DNA of 64,000 nucleotides from Lingula anatina (GCA_051362555.1 CM120648.1:14380587-14444586); one strand, 5' to 3'. Shown: positions 35,801 to 50,422, numbered from the stretch's first letter. Notes: a model not told the origin generated them from the sequence alone. Numbers and translations: made by a program.

Positions 35801-37730
35801 AGTTGGCCGACCCTCATCTACTATTGCTTTCGTTTAACACTGATAGAAACCATTCCCATACCCTAACGTACTAGCAGGATCGATCTATCTCCGAGGAGTT
35901 TCTCGCTAAATTGCATTTAGGCTTACATTAAAATTCCCAGGCTGAAATTAGCTGAATCATAGTTCTGAACCGCCCCTGCAGGTCACTAAAATAAATGAAT
36001 GCTTTTTAACATTTTTTCGAATGTGAAACATTATAAGAAATCCACTTAGTAACCCTTGGTAATTTCTTGTTAGGTCTAAGGGAGGACTGCAGGTAAGATT
36101 TTTTATCTTAAACGAAAGGTGTTAGCTTTTTTTAAATCCTGTTGCATTCACTTAATGTATCTACAAAACATCTAATTATAAGCTTGAAACGCAGCTCCAA
36201 GTTACCGTGTGACATCATATTGGGACTTTTGGGGTAAAAACATAATTTTCGATTTCCTGATTTTCTCAGACGCCTGGACAGCTATAAACATGATTAGAGT
36301 AGGCCTAATATTTGATTTTAATATTGCAATTCATGCATTGTTTTGAGCTCTCTATGCATTAACTAGGCCGACATTAAATTTATAGTTTTCCATCTCACCT
36401 AGAAATTGAATTAATTAATTGTATATTGTATTTATTATATTATTGTTATAGGCTAGTCGTAGAAGAAAAAATCAACTCAGCAACGAAATGTACAGTTTGC
36501 CACTAATTTCTGAAGTTAGCGATATATCAAAAGTAAAAAAATATACGAAACTTCAAACGACTGTTCGCATTGAGTACATACAAGAATAAAAAAACAAAAA
36601 AATAAAGTTAATTTTACTCTCAAAATTGATAGATGGCTATGTGCGTGCAGATGCACTTTGTCCTTTTGGTAAAAAAATGTAATTATTTCATCCAGCTGCC
36701 ACATAAATACATAAATATTATCATGTGATATTTCCAAGAAACAGCACTAGCCTTTCAGTGGAAGAACAACCTAAAACAACGTCAATATGTCGATGACCTT
36801 CCTCCATAATGAAGCCTGCAACATCACTATATAGCTTCGTTTAATAAACACTTCATAAATATTTTAAATTTTTGAAAGTCTAAATTAAAATACTCATCTT
36901 TCATATATAAAAAAGCCTATCGCGTTACTATTACTAATCCCATAGGTTTTCTGGTTAAAGACAGCACTCTTAAAACTGAAGTCTGGTATCTTATAAGTGA
37001 CGGAATTCATTAAAAAGCACATCGGTGTCCTTTACCATTTTTCGCTGTCTTTGCAAGCACAATCTGAAGTAATACATTTGTGGACATCGTCAATCATGTT
37101 GTGACTGACTCTAAGACTACACAGACCATATACTATAAACTCAGTACTGTTGTAACTAATCTTCCTCTTGGAATAACTTTCTAAAATTTGGCACAAACAA
37201 ATATAACGAACGATATGAATATTTGTGTACATTGATGACTTGTTTTGTCTTTACTTTGATACAAACATTCGGTCGCGGATCTGGTAAGCACTGGTGCCAA
37301 TCAGCATGTATTCTATAAAAATACGATTAAGTTCATTCAGCTTACTACCGCGTACGTCATAGTCAACCACTAGTATAGAGCATTATATCTCCCTTTACTT
37401 CTTTAGAAATTAAAATCCTTAAGTATAGAACCTTGTTGGATCTGCCGTCATATTTCACACACCAAGCTTCTTCCTATTGGTGCGTTGGTCACTGATTTTC
37501 AATAAACAGGACCGTGATAACAATTTATATTTTATTTAAAGTAAGCGAGCTGAAGAATTGTTTGCCATAGTGGGGCTTTATAAACACCAGGCTGGCAACT
37601 TAATCACTTATGAAATAATTACTAAGTGTATCTGTTCTGACAAAAAACTAGATATATCACTTTGTGTCACCAGGGTTTTATAAAAATTAGAATTTACGAA
37701 TATATGTTTAACTTCATTTTTCACTTCTGT

Positions 37731-37980
37731 TTTTACCTCCGCCATTGAGGTTATGTTTTCACCCCTGTCTTTCTGTCTGTCTTTTTGTCTGTTTGTCATC
37801 AACATAACTCAGAAAGTTATGGACCGATTTTGATGAAATTTTCAGGGTAGGTCAGAAATGGGTTAACTTAGAAGTGGTTAGTTTTTGGTGGTGATCCGGA
37901 TCAATAGTCAATCAATAATCAATAATAATCAAAAATCGCTGCCCTGGCGGAGGTCTGCGCTCTCGGAGTGCTTTTCTAGT
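37731..37980 (+). mobile_element. Short HINE/DINE-type element, family C
   Basis: 5' ttttacctccgccattgaggtt, (ctgt)n microsatellite, 3' subTIR tggcggaggt + hairpin gcgctctcggagtgc + ttttctagt. A reverse copy lies at 53084-53263. Confidence 0.8.
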
Positions 37981-38494
37981 CTTAAAATATCAATTGCCAG
38001 TATATTTGTCGGAGTATCTGAGGTCAAAGTCCATGTCCCACATGCATGTAGGAATTTTAAGAGAATCAGCGATTTTGATCTTAATTCTGTCGGTGACGTT
38101 CTTACCTCCCCCCCCTCCCATCCCCCCCACCCCCCAGATTTGAGCTTACTATACAATGTATATAACGACAGATGCAGTTCTCGCTATTCTAGCCGTAATG
38201 TCTGGTTTAGAGTCTTTATCACTGCTAATATTTCAGGGTATTAGTACTGATTTTCTAATTTACATTTGACCATGAATCTTTCGTAAAGGTTTTTATTTAA
38301 TATTTTTTCATAAGATAGTCACGTTTCCTAATTATCGAGCTGGTGCCATATTCACACTGAGAATTCACGCTATGCATACTACGCTATTGCTTCATTTATC
38401 TTGTGGTTTAATATTTTAACAACAAATTCCCCTCTTCTTCTTTGCCGTTATTCTTTCAGTTGGTGGTAATATCACTTGTTTAAACCTAAGAGTG

Positions 38495-38719
38495 CATTCC
38501 CATAGATTTTTAGATAGATCTATCCCCGTGGGGAGTCTCACTAGAATGTTGTCAGCCTGACCGGCATAAATGTCTGTCCCGCCTACTAAAATCTGTAAGG
38601 GGGGTAATTAACTTTTGTTCCCGCTCGGCTCTCGGAACCTGACAGCAATTTAGCATGAACCCCCCAAGGAGTTAGGTCGATCCGGATAGATCGATCTAAA
38701 TCTATGAGAACCCAGTCTA
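38495..38719. repeat. Family P-related palindromic element
   Basis: Imperfect inverted arms, central taagggg(gg)taattaact, terminus aacccagtcta. Close relative at 50812-51030. Confidence 0.7.
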
Positions 38720-38896
38720 AGACACGTAACAATGATAAACTTATCTGGCGTATGTTCTAAGATTGTGGATGGAGTATCCCCGATTACATAATTATGTTGC
38801 CGAAGACTGTTTTTGTAATGAATTCTTTGCCTATTTACATTTTTATCAGCTTGAAAAGTGATTAATTTATACACATATCATCAGTACATCACTCTC

Positions 38897-39135
38897 AGTG
38901 GTGGATTTAGAGGGGTGGTTTAGGGGGATCCTGACCCCTCCTTCGATTTCTGAAAAAGGCCACACGCATGGTCCCCTCCTGAAATTAGAATTTTGGCTGG
39001 CTAAACCGTACCACTGTTCGCCCTCTAAAAAGCCAAAAAGTTTCGGGGGCCTTCAGCGGGCCCCGAACCCCACGCCAAGGGGGGAGGGGCGGAATGAGCG
39101 GCTTCACATCCTCGTCCCCCTTATTTCGACAAACT
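38897..39135. mobile_element. hAT-like MITE, truncated relative of 44545-44814
   Basis: Starts cagtggtggatttagagggg; shares cttcgatttct, tggtccc and ttcgccctctaaa with the 44545 copy. Confidence 0.55.
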
Positions 39136-39159
39136 GTATATGACTTCAAAGACTTTCCA

Positions 39160-40918
39160 TATGCACAATATTTCAGAGACTTGATATGTATTATGACTTC
39201 TCCCTCAATATTCCCCCTTTGTGACATTGTTTACCGCTTTTTACTGTAATAATGATTTACTCGGGATTTGATGTTACGTGTTGGCATCGTTGGCTGTCTA
39301 TGCTACTTTTAATACTTCAAGTGTATGTTTACACATCAAAAAGTACCTGTGAGTACGTAAATAAATAATAACAAAAAAGAGATAAATAACTTACAATTTT
39401 AGATTCACGAAATTAACTCTTAAACTAAAATAGCTTTCCAACACTATCCATGAATTATTACTTGGAGAACATCTGTACTCCCCAAGCCCATTCTCACGTT
39501 GTCTTCACTAACACAATTGTGTGATTTTTGTGAAGTCCGTCACAATCATGGTTGAGACAGCGTCATAAACCAGACACCGCAGCCTGTGGCACATTTTTCT
39601 TATGAACAAATGTTGTTCACTTAAAATTTTCTTCTCAGTGGCAGATATATTACCCAAAAAAAGGGGAACAAAAAAGAGTTAAAAGGATAATACAAGTAAA
39701 ACAGATTTAGCAAAGACGGGAGACCGGGGCTAGTTGGCCCAGTTAGACACTTTTGGCCTTGTAGAGCCAACTAGGAATGAGTTAGAGTAACAAAATCGGT
39801 TTCAAAGTAAGCCCCATGAACTAAGCTACGTATGCAAAGTCATTATTTTTCAAATATAATGCCAGATGGCTCACAATTTGACAAAAAACGCAGTTGACGT
39901 CAGGGGGGGGCCAACTTGCCCCGCCACGGGGCAAGTTGGCCCCCTATACAAAATGGAGTAAATATCCCACGTAAACGCCTTGTAATACATTTTTATATAT
40001 TTTTAATTTATTAAATTGACTTTTGAGAGTCTTTGATGAATAAATAGTTCAAATGAGGCAGATTTATTGAGGTTTCCGTACGTCACGTTGTAGGGGGGGG
40101 GGGTATGTGTTGCAAGAACAGAATATCTATTGATAAATTTGTTTTATTTTAATAAAGAATTAATTAATAATGGTATAAAGCAGGTTTTTAATGAATGAAA
40201 ACGTTTTCGTTTTAAAAGAAAGTAACATATTCAGTTTTAAACCATTGAGTTTGTTTCAACAATGGTCTCTAGCTGTGTTGCGCGCAAAGGTTTGTGGGTA
40301 ATATGAGGGTCCAACTTGCCCCGAGTCAAGGGGGCCAACTAGCCCCGGGTGCACACTTTTTATTTTAAAGGATGGCAGCCATTTATGGTGCTAGAATGAG
40401 CAACGATGATACGTCTCTGTGAAACTTGAAACAATGAGCTTCAGTTTGATGCCCTATACATATATTATATTCGATCAAAAGCCTATGAAATAGATTTTTA
40501 AATCTCTTTAACAAAATTACTTTAAGGTGCAAAAATACTTTATTTTGACTCACTGCTTAAGTAAAACTTTTTAACGTCCGACACTTCCTTAGCATTGTAG
40601 GCTACGGTCACTTTACAAGACTATGTGGCCAATTTTTTTACCTCGTTATTTTGTTTGTCATAAATTGACGGGGGGCCAACTTACCCCGGGGTCCAACTAG
40701 CCCCGGTCTCCCCTACTAAATCAAAAGAATCACTTGAAGTTCATTTAAAAGCAGGAGCTGCCAGGCCTTATAAACGGATTAGGCGTTAACTAACCCTACC
40801 CGCAGATCTTTTAGCTCTAACACCCTAAACCACATAATCCGCGAATTAACCAGCACACCGTAAATGTATCTACCACTGCGCTCTTCCATTAGGTTTTCAA
40901 TACAACAAAACCAGCCTT

Positions 40919-40970
<52 letters not shown>

Positions 40971-43070
40971 AAAAACACTTTTTAGCGGAGTCGTACACTC
41001 TCCTGACACATCTACTGACACTTTGCCAACCCCCCGGGCCAAGCAACCCAGTTATACATACAGTTTGCTTGAGTCCATCATATCACTAAATCCTTTTTAT
41101 CTACCGTTCAGTACAAGTGATGGCCTTTAATTTTAAGCTTAAATAGCATGTCATCACTGCCCATGACTTCATGACTTATTACGTCAGTGACATTTAATTT
41201 TCCTATACAAATATTTCATACATCTCTACATATATCTCAGAGAAATATTTCCAGTCCTTTATTTTGCTCTACATTTATTGCAATTTAATGAGCATTCGCA
41301 TTGTTTATATGCAGCCGCAAAGCTTTTAAGTAAAGGGGCATTGAACGGGTAGAGAGCGGCGAACGTGTTCTAGCTTGGCGCCGGCATTGCATATTACGCA
41401 GTAGATTCCTATTTCCGTATTTTGACCATTTCGTGGCGTACACACATTGCATGGCAAATATTAAAATGACATTGGCTTCAGATGTAAAGTTTTAGTAAAA
41501 CGATATGTATCTTTGGTGGAAATTTTTGTGCGCACAATTCCTAAAGTATGTGGGCGCTCCTTTATTATATGCGCCGAAGAACTCATTAACGATTCACGTA
41601 GACACATTATGGAAAAATTATATTAAATTATTAAAAAGATAAATATGTACCCAACTGAACAGAGTGAAATAACTTGCAGATACTCTGTTAATATTTTCTA
41701 TTTATCAAGCACTTAGGGATCTTTAACATATGAGATACACAATATTGCAGAGACATTTTATGTATGACCTCTCCCTCAGTATTCCCCCTTTGTGACATTG
41801 TTTCCAGCTTTTTACTGTAATAATGATTTACTCGGGATTTGATGTTACGTGTTGGCATCGTTGGCTGTCTATGCTACTTTCAATACTACAAGTGTATGTT
41901 TACACATCAAAAAGTACATGTGAGTACGTACATAAATAATTACAAAAAGGAGATAAATAACTTACAAAGTACGTAATTACAATATTAAAACGAACTTGAT
42001 TTTTTCCCATGTGAAATTTGAAGGAGATTACAGTGGAATCTACTCAATGGATAAAGTTTTAAATACGAATAAAACAGAAGTGAGCCAGCGCATGGCAGCC
42101 TGTGGTATCTATACTACCGTGAATTAACTTTGTAGGGCGAAAGAGGCAAGAATCAAGATAGGGCGGATAAAGATGGTATAGGGGCATATTTTTGAATAGC
42201 GACTGTACGTGTCCCTCTTACAGGAACGTTGTCTTTGCCACAGAGTTTCTGACACAACCAGGCGTCTTTGATCCTCTTACCTGCTGGAATATTGTTTGTT
42301 GTTCAGAGAGGACGCCTTGACGTCGGGAGGGAAAATTTTCTACGAAGGGGGAGAATTAAGTAGGTGTGCCCTTACGAAGGGGGGGAATTAAGTAGGTGTG
42401 CCCTTATTTGAGGTTATTTGCGTAATTGTAATCACCAGTACGTGCGACAAGCCTTGAAGGAGATGATTGAGAGCCATTTATCGTATATAAAGGCTTTTAC
42501 CCTGTCCATGTTGAAGGGTATCAGTACACACACTCAAGCACACCCAAAACTCACCCTCAGACCTTTAAATTATCATCATATTGGACCCCTCTCCCCAAAC
42601 ACACACACTGTACACTCTCCTCATAACACTGGTTACTTTGTCGACGGCTGTTTTCATCACATTTTCTTTTCATATACCGTGTAGTAAATGTTAGATTTAC
42701 GACATTAACTCTTAAACTAAAATAGCTTCCCAACACTACCTATTTATTATTACTTGGAGAACATCTTTACTCCCCCAGCACCATCTCACGTTGTCTTCAC
42801 TAACACAATTGTGTGATTTTTGTGGAGTCCGACACAATCATGGTTGAGACAGCGTCATAAACCAGACACCGCAGCTTGTGGCACTTTTTTTTATGAACAG
42901 ACTGTTCACTTAAAACATTCTTCACAGTGGCAGATATATAAGTCAAAATGAGGATGAAAAAGAGTTAAAGTTCAATAAGATTAAAGTACAAGTAGATTTA
43001 GCAAAGACATTAATCAAAACGGAAAGAATCACTTCAATTATAATCAGGTGCTGCCGGACAAAGGAATAAA
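39160..43070 (+). repeat. Local tandem segmental duplication (39160-40770 vs 41737-43070) with copy-specific extra segments
   Basis: 39160-39395 matches 41737-41966; 39400-39717 matches 42690-43007; 40715-40770 matches about 43010-43060. Confidence 0.85.
39718..40713. mobile_element. Non-autonomous TIR element of about 1 kb (pogo/Fot1-like termini, tentative)
   Basis: TIRs gggagaccggggctagttggccc and gggtccaactagccccggtctccc; internal ggggccaacttgcccc repeats; absent from the duplicated copy at 43007. Confidence 0.8.
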
Positions 43071-44544
43071 TTACTTACAAAGACCTTTCATTGCGTGTTC
43101 AATATATTAGCTGAGAGACATATGGGAATACCCTGTTAATTAAGTTTTTTGTACTCCCACATATTGTAAATATATTTGGCCTTGAGAAATAATTTAAATA
43201 TAACTGGTGAAATGGTGTCAACAGCAAAAATACTAATTCCAATGGTTTCAATGTAAGACGACTGCGACGTGCAAATAGACCGATGTGGTAACTTTCGATG
43301 TCATTTTAGTAACACAACTAGTATATAATTGCTTGTTAAAGGAGTGCATATTTACAATGGCAGCACATATGACCGCACGGTTCCCATATGTACGTGTATG
43401 TTTGTAATATGATCAGTAATATAACACTAGTCCTTTACAGGTTGTTATCTAAGCCTTCAAAACGGTGACGGACAATTTGCGAGAGTTGCGGGATTTGAAA
43501 ACATTTTGATTGCATTTGAAAATCTGTATGTAGAAGTACTAAACTCAACAAATATATTACAATATCTTATAAGACTTTCCCTTCTACATACTGTGTTAAA
43601 TATACATACTTTTGAGTTACTATTGGTATCAGAATTTATAACATTTCATATCGAAGATCCGTTTTGAATTAACGAAATTAATTTTGATGCTTCGGATAGC
43701 GTTTACATTTTCTTATGTGAAAAGTTGATATTTCACAGCCCGTCAGTCAGATTTGTTAGCACATAAAGTGGCTTCTGCTTTTTAAAATAATTTAGTTCCA
43801 TAATATAACTGTATTCACAGGCTATAGGTTGGTATTCATCAGCTAGGTTGTTTCCACATAGGTTACATATAATGTTTTGCATCTCTCTTGTGTCATCTTC
43901 CAACTTACATTAAGAGATTTTGGTTTGAGCATCCAAACCATAGGTTTTCACTTTTCCTATTTCGCCACGGTAATTGCTAGAGCGCTGATGTACAACATAT
44001 ACGGTTTATAATTTTGGTATTTCGCCAAGGTTATTTGCTACAGCGCTGATGTATAACATATACGGTTTATAATTTTGACGGGTGTATTTATTTTGTACCA
44101 CACTGCAAATTGCTACCAAATCGGAATATTATTCCATTATAGGCCAGATACTTGCACCAGTTTGTGATATTAGACAGAACATGTGTCGTTATCTTGCTAT
44201 TGTGTACTTTGAATTGTGTGCTACAGCACTGATCTAAAACAAAGCCTATTCAAATTGTAACCACTCTGGGCAGTATTTCGTTAATTTACTTAGCACGTTC
44301 TTATGCTTTTTCTCCAGTGCATGCCTGAACGAATCTTTCGCCCTTGTTTTTTTTTTTTTTTTTTTTTTTACTTTAAAGCACATTCGCTTTTTAAACCTTC
44401 ATGGCAAATAATTAAGTTGAATATCTTTTTTATCAAAAATGTAACTTCTTTGAAAATTGTCTCCAGTCTATCCTTGTCATGTGTGTTAACCTTTGGTCTC
44501 CAGTCAATCCTTATCATGAGTGTTAAGTCTCCAGTCTAGCCTTG

Positions 44545-44814
44545 CAGTGGCGGATTTACTGGGGGGGGGGGGGGGGGGGGGGGGGCAGGGGAGTCCTGAA
44601 CCCCCCCCCCCCTTCGATTTCTCAAAATAATCACACCAATGGTCCCCTCTTGAAATTTGACATTTGACTAGCTGAATTATAGTTCTAAACCGTAACAAAA
44701 GGCAGCCTTCGCCCTCTAAAGTGCAAAAAATTTCCAACGCCAACAGAGGGGAAGGGGGTTCCGATTGGTTTCGCATCCGCGGACCCCTCTTCAAATAATC
44801 CTGGATCCGCCTCT
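44545..44814. mobile_element. hAT-like MITE
   Basis: TIRs cagtggcggattt and ggatccgcctctg; no clean 8-bp TSD. Confidence 0.6.
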
Positions 44815-45254
44815 GATTCTAGACTATTTGTTATTATTTCTAGACAAAAAATGTACGATGTTATGTCATTTGAGTTTCTAAACATATTTATTCTTTTCCA
44901 CTGTAAGTGCCTACGGTCTATGGTGAATGTGCACTCATTTCTTTATATTACTAAGAGGCCAATTATTGTTTTGAAACAATATTTAACAACATTAAAATGT
45001 CGATGAAACATGTATATAGGTGGCTGTTTTGGCTTGCAGACACAGATATATTTACTAAGTAAAGGTTTTAGCAAGAAAATATGATATGTTTTGTGGTATG
45101 CACTGAGAAGAGGCTCATTCTGCAAATTGTTTGTCAGTAGCTTAAATAGTATGGGGTTGAAAAGTTTTCCCTGTTAAATTGTAGATTGAGGACGTGATTA
45201 TCAACTTTACAGAGACTACAGCAGCCTGGAAGAGTACAATATAATTCAGGAGTA

Positions 45255-45514
45255 AGGGACCATTTCCAGACCCTATTGTACCAACTGTGGATCGATCTAT
45301 CTCCAAGAAGATTCTCGCTAAATTGCAATCAACTTGAGCGGCTTGGATGTCTGGCACGCTTTCTGAAACTGTTAAGGGGTAATTAACTATCTTTTTAAAG
45401 CTTCTGTAGGCGTGCCAGACATCTAAGCCTCTTAAGCTTAAAGTAATTTAGCAAGAAACCCTTTGGAGATGGGTCGAACCTGTTAGATCAATCTATGTAT
45501 GGAAACCCAGTCTA
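45255..45514. repeat. Free-standing family P palindromic element
   Basis: agggaccatttccagaccc...tatggaaacccagtcta is the reverse complement of the copies nested in HINE-A; it retains the central taaggggtaattaact. Confidence 0.8.
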
Positions 45515-47504
45515 AAACATGGGTGAAAGTTGTAAAAAAAAAAAAATCCTGAAAACGTTGCTTGAAATTTATCCACATGACCACATGAAAAAATACAATT
45601 GTCAAGAAACATACATGTATAAGATCTCCATATAAACAATGACTGCCCCTTCAAAGTTCAATATGCTTGAAAACTGTCATTAGTTCAGAACAATTTATTC
45701 TAGTGAAGTCTTTCTCCACAGTATAAAACGATGATAATAACGGCTGCAAGAAGATCAGTGATACGTGTTGTAACATCTGATGCTCAGAAACGTATGTATG
45801 GTGCTGTATCAACTCGCTCCCCTTTTTATTCTATTCTGCCATCACACCCAAACAGCTGTACCCCCAAATATTCCGAGTATCCCCCAGTTTTAACACTCTC
45901 CAAACAAGAATGAGATAAAGATAAAGATGAAACACTCATCCGAGACCTTCTCAGATATTAGATATTAATTAAGTAGATAAAAGCCATGCTCTCTTGATTG
46001 TTGTCTTTTGCCAATGAAAACTGACCCCCAACTTAATCTAACGCATGCATACATAAAATCACTATGACAAAAACACTGTACTGGTACTTTTATTGAAAAT
46101 GTAATAAAGCAGAAAGGACAATGTATGTTTGAAGGAAGGAGCTGATGGGAGGATTGTTTTATCAACAGGTTAATGATTTATTACCATTTCGTCACGAAGA
46201 CGATTAACAACCACGGAGCGCGAAACCATTATAAATTAAACGGGCGCTAATGGAAAAATCTTTCACAAAAGACCGCTGCTCAGTCATCAGCTGATTATTC
46301 AGCTCTTCTTTCATATAGGGTCCGCCATATTTGACCCGTGGATCAGAAGATCCTCCGATTTTCTATTCTGAATAAGCTCTATGTCCACATTCAGAACAGT
46401 GGATGAACTTGTTTGAAGTACCCTGTATAAAGAGAACTCTCCAGATCCCATTAAAGCATTGCATTATGGACAACATTTGCCACATATACATTAACAAACA
46501 TATTATTGTCCTGAAAATTTGTTTTTTATTTCTAAAATAAATTAACCTGTTTGAACTTTTACCTATTTTCCTACGGCATCATCCAATACTTTTATGTTTA
46601 GAGCATTCTTTCAGCAACTCAATGTTCTATAAATCCTTGTTTTATTTTATTTATATTCTAAATTATGAATGATATGCCGTTACTTCCCCTACCTCATTGT
46701 TTTAAAACGTGTCCATTCAAGTCACAAGTGTTACATGACATTAAAGTAAATTCATATGCCACAGTTTTCTGTTCTGGGAACACCTAAAAAAAATTAGACG
46801 TCGTGTTTAAGAAAATGCATGCTCCAACTGTTTGTCAAGCTAGGGGTTGCACGTGGATTCTTTGTTCCTTCCGAACTAATAAAGTTCTTTGCTGTCTCCA
46901 CAAGTACAATATGATGAAACTAGTGGACACCGTCACAATCATGTTGAAACAGACCCCAAGTCCAAATCTTCAGCCTCACTTGTATGTGAATTATTTTAAA
47001 CAAGCTACCTTCTGCAGGCCCGGAAACTGATGCGAATGGGAGAAGTCATGCTGCTAAAGTAAAGGAATGCACAGCGAGAAACATCTACACATATTAATTG
47101 ACCACGAACTAAAGTCCCCTTACAGTAAAGAGCTTGTATATTATTCTTAATCTCTGAAGCTGTAAAATACGGCATTGGTCAGAAAGGTTGTCCCACTCCC
47201 AGTTTCGTGTGCTTTTATTTATAAATGATCACATCACAGGAGATATTGCTATGGATGTTGATTTTCATTCCAGACACCATTACTAATATGATTAGTGGTA
47301 CAGAAAAATGCAAAATAGCGGCGAAGATATCAATATTTAATACCATTTATTCACATTTATTACATGTACCCCCTCGACTTTGACGTTTCACTGTCATTTC
47401 CACAGAGGTAAAGAAATGCCCATTAAATTGAAAAGACACCACCAAATATTACCAAATTTACACACATTTATCATTAGGGTGTGCTCGTTAAAGATCACAT
47501 GTCT

Positions 47505-48330
47505 AATAGCTTGTGTGTCTACCGTGTACTGTAATTATCTCCAGTAGACGGTGCCGCTGCCTTCACAACAAGGGTAACAATTCTGTTTTGTGGGATATTG
47601 TCCCATGTTACCTAAAAAGCTTGGCGGAATTGGTCCGCAACGGGTGCTCAGTGGGTTTAATATCAGGACACAGAGATGGTTTTTCCAGCCCCAGAACTTT
47701 GGGTTTCTACATCAACACACTCAGCAGAAGAGAACTGTGTGCAAGTGTGCTGTCTTGATGAAGACTGGATCACCACCGAACTCCCCACTTTCAGATGGAA
47801 TGAGATTTCAGTTGAGAATGTTAGGTTTAGTGACCCCAGAACTACCAGAACTTGGTCAACGATCTCTAGGAACAAGTTGGTTTTGCTGAAGAATCAAGGT
47901 ATTTATTGTATGCCTTCGATGTTCAAATTAGGGCCTGTAGACATATAGTAGAATGAGGTGTCAGGTTAGTCCACGTTTGGGGAGCATTCCAAGCCCGTGG
48001 TTTAGTACATTTTCTTTCCAAAAAAGAATGTTAATGGGTCAATTCACTGAAATTTTTCACTCCATTTGCAAGAGGTGACTTCAGGGATACTGCAGGCGTC
48101 GTCGTGGAAATGCACTTGCACACAATTCACGTCTGCTGAGTGATTTGTTGCAGGAACCCAATGTTCAGAGGATGGAGCAACCAACTTTGAGCGCTCGTGG
48201 CATGAATTGAAGTGTGCAATCCAGAGGAGAACCATTACCGTCACAATTATGTTGAGATAGACCCTGAGGTCAAATACTGCAGCATTAACTCTGTTGTAAC
48301 TCAACTTTCTCTATTCTCCCGGACCATTAC
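47505..48330 (-). pseudogene. Highly decayed Tc1-like transposase
   Basis: Minus-strand fragments HQDSTLAH, PSLCPDIKPTEH, TWDNIPQNRIVTLV and HGRHTSY-stop, in the order of the Tc1 motifs QDNAxxH, WPxxSPDLNPIEH, WxxIP and GGxTxY. Confidence 0.65.
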
Positions 48331-48769
48331 ATACCTGTCAACAATGGCAATATGCAGAGTGGGAGATTCCCCCGCACGACCTACGCCCCCTACCCGACAC
48401 GCGCGCGCACGCTCAAAAGCTTTTTTCATGCTTTGGAAAGAAACGCCTCGGTTATAAATGTGTTGTTAGTAGTTTGCTATAATAAAACATATGTACTTTG
48501 ATTATACAAAATGATGTAGATAAATTAAATCGGCAATTAAGAAATTTATTTTATTCCAATTCAAGTCTTTCAATGTTTCAAGAATTTTACCAGCCTGTTT
48601 TAATCAATAATTAAAACAAGTCAAATTTTTCGCTCCGATATTTCTGTCTCCGTTGTGTGGCTTATTGCACATCTCGGGTACAGATGACACTTACGTTGTT
48701 AGCCTAACCGTTTATGTTACTGGAACATTTTTGAAATATTGTTGAGATTTCGTTGTGAAGTCCCAAATA

Positions 48770-50422
48770 CAGACTTGACATTTAATATGGAATATTTCAG
48801 TTTCGAGGGTATGCCTAGGTAAAAATGCGTTCTTTTTTTTTATAAAAAAACTCCGATCTCATATAAGATATGTGAATGGAGAAGTGTGTAGTCAGGTGTG
48901 TTGCTTCCCATTAACTGAATTTCAGGTATGTTGCACTGCTGCATTATGTAATATGCAGTGATTTAATTGGGTAGTGCTCCTTTTGGCAGGCCAAAGCTTG
49001 GCTTTGGCAAAACATGGTTCTGTGAAAAAAGTATCCATATGTCCGTTACTGCTGCATAGAAGAATTTGAAATTTTGCATGCAAGTGGTCGGTTTTGCAGT
49101 GTGTAAAATGAGCTATGCAGTGCTACAAATTTGTTAACCTGTGGCAAAATGACGCGAAAAAGACAGACATTGCCAGACAGATAATTGCGCCAAACGAAAC
49201 GGTCCGCACAGTTTTATAGAGTAATGCCCAGACTGATGTACCTACATAGAGGCCACACCCATTATATTGAAATTTTACCACCAGGGTACAGGACCCACTG
49301 TCTTTCAGGATATGCTGTTGCAACTAAACAAAAACCAAACAGTTCGTTCAGAATGAGGAGTAAATTGCCACCAAAACGCATTTTTCAAGGCCCTTAGCGA
49401 ACACCAAACTGGTTTTAGCAGGTTAGAATACCAGACGACCTACGAGGAACCCACTGTAAACAGCTTAACATAGTTGTATGTTTCTCTAATGAATTGGGGA
49501 CCTTGTCCGGTTCTGGGTTGAAGACTGAAACTTCGTGGCTTTTTTTAGGTCAGATTTCACCTGTACTGCTCAACTAGTCAAAACGAAGTTTACAGAAATC
49601 CAGAAGAGGCCAACGACGAAGTGTGTGCCGTGTCTAAAGTGACTTAGGTCATTAACAGCGTCAGTATTTGGAGTGGATACAACATTGGTGCCAAAACACC
49701 AATGGTAGTCATCGACGAAAACCTAAACCAGATCAAATAAAGGAATTATCTGGGAACCACTTGACTATCATTTAATAGGGGGCACCTTAGGAACAATTTT
49801 ATGTTGCACGGTGAAATTGCCGGTTCACACAGAGCACTTTTAATAGCAGATTACTTACAGAACCAAGGGAATGAGCAGCTACTTTGGTCATCAAAATCGC
49901 CATATTTGAACCACATAGACAATTTTTGGGTAAGCCATTACTCGCCAAATCAATGGCCTACATGTCCTACAACAAAACTGGACCAAATTGGACAGATTTT
50001 GACCGATGCCTGGAATGTTATTCCAGATTGAACTCTAAAAACCTATCCCAAGGAATGCCTTGCCACTTGAGAGCGCTAACAGCAGCCAGAAGAGGCCAGG
50101 CGTAACAGCGACCGTTACTGTGACTAGACACTGACATGAGGGTCCTTTGTGGACCGTGTAACTCTTTTACAGACAATAATTTGGAAAATATGGAGATCCA
50201 AAATATCTCTTTTAATGGTTGTCGCATGACGTAGAATAGGCAGTGTGTTTTTTTTCCTCTGGCAAATTCCATTAATAAACTGATGTCACAGTGACCTCAA
50301 AGAGATCATTGAAAGTTATTAAAACACGATTTTAATACTTATTTTCATTTATCAGTCAGCAAAATAGGAAAAAACTGATGAAAAATGATTTGGAAAAAAT
50401 TCCATATTAAATGTCAAGTCTG
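48770..50422 (+). mobile_element. Full-length but inactivated Tc1-family DNA transposon
   Basis: 24-bp TIR cagacttgacatttaatatggaat and its reverse complement, TA on both flanks, 1653 bp long. DDE remnant GEIAGSHRALLIADYLQNQG...WSSKSPYLNHIDNFW and AWNVIP with frameshifts. Confidence 0.88.

Noticed and set aside
39490-39565. C/D snoRNA or miRNA reading of the conserved palindrome unit
   Set aside because: Boxes are non-canonical (ATGATTG, GTGA), the hairpin is weak, and the seeds only nearly match miR-67/307 or miR-219. Kept as an unexplained motif instead.
48330-48420. catacctgtcaac as a hAT terminus
   Set aside because: No matching opposite terminus was found nearby.
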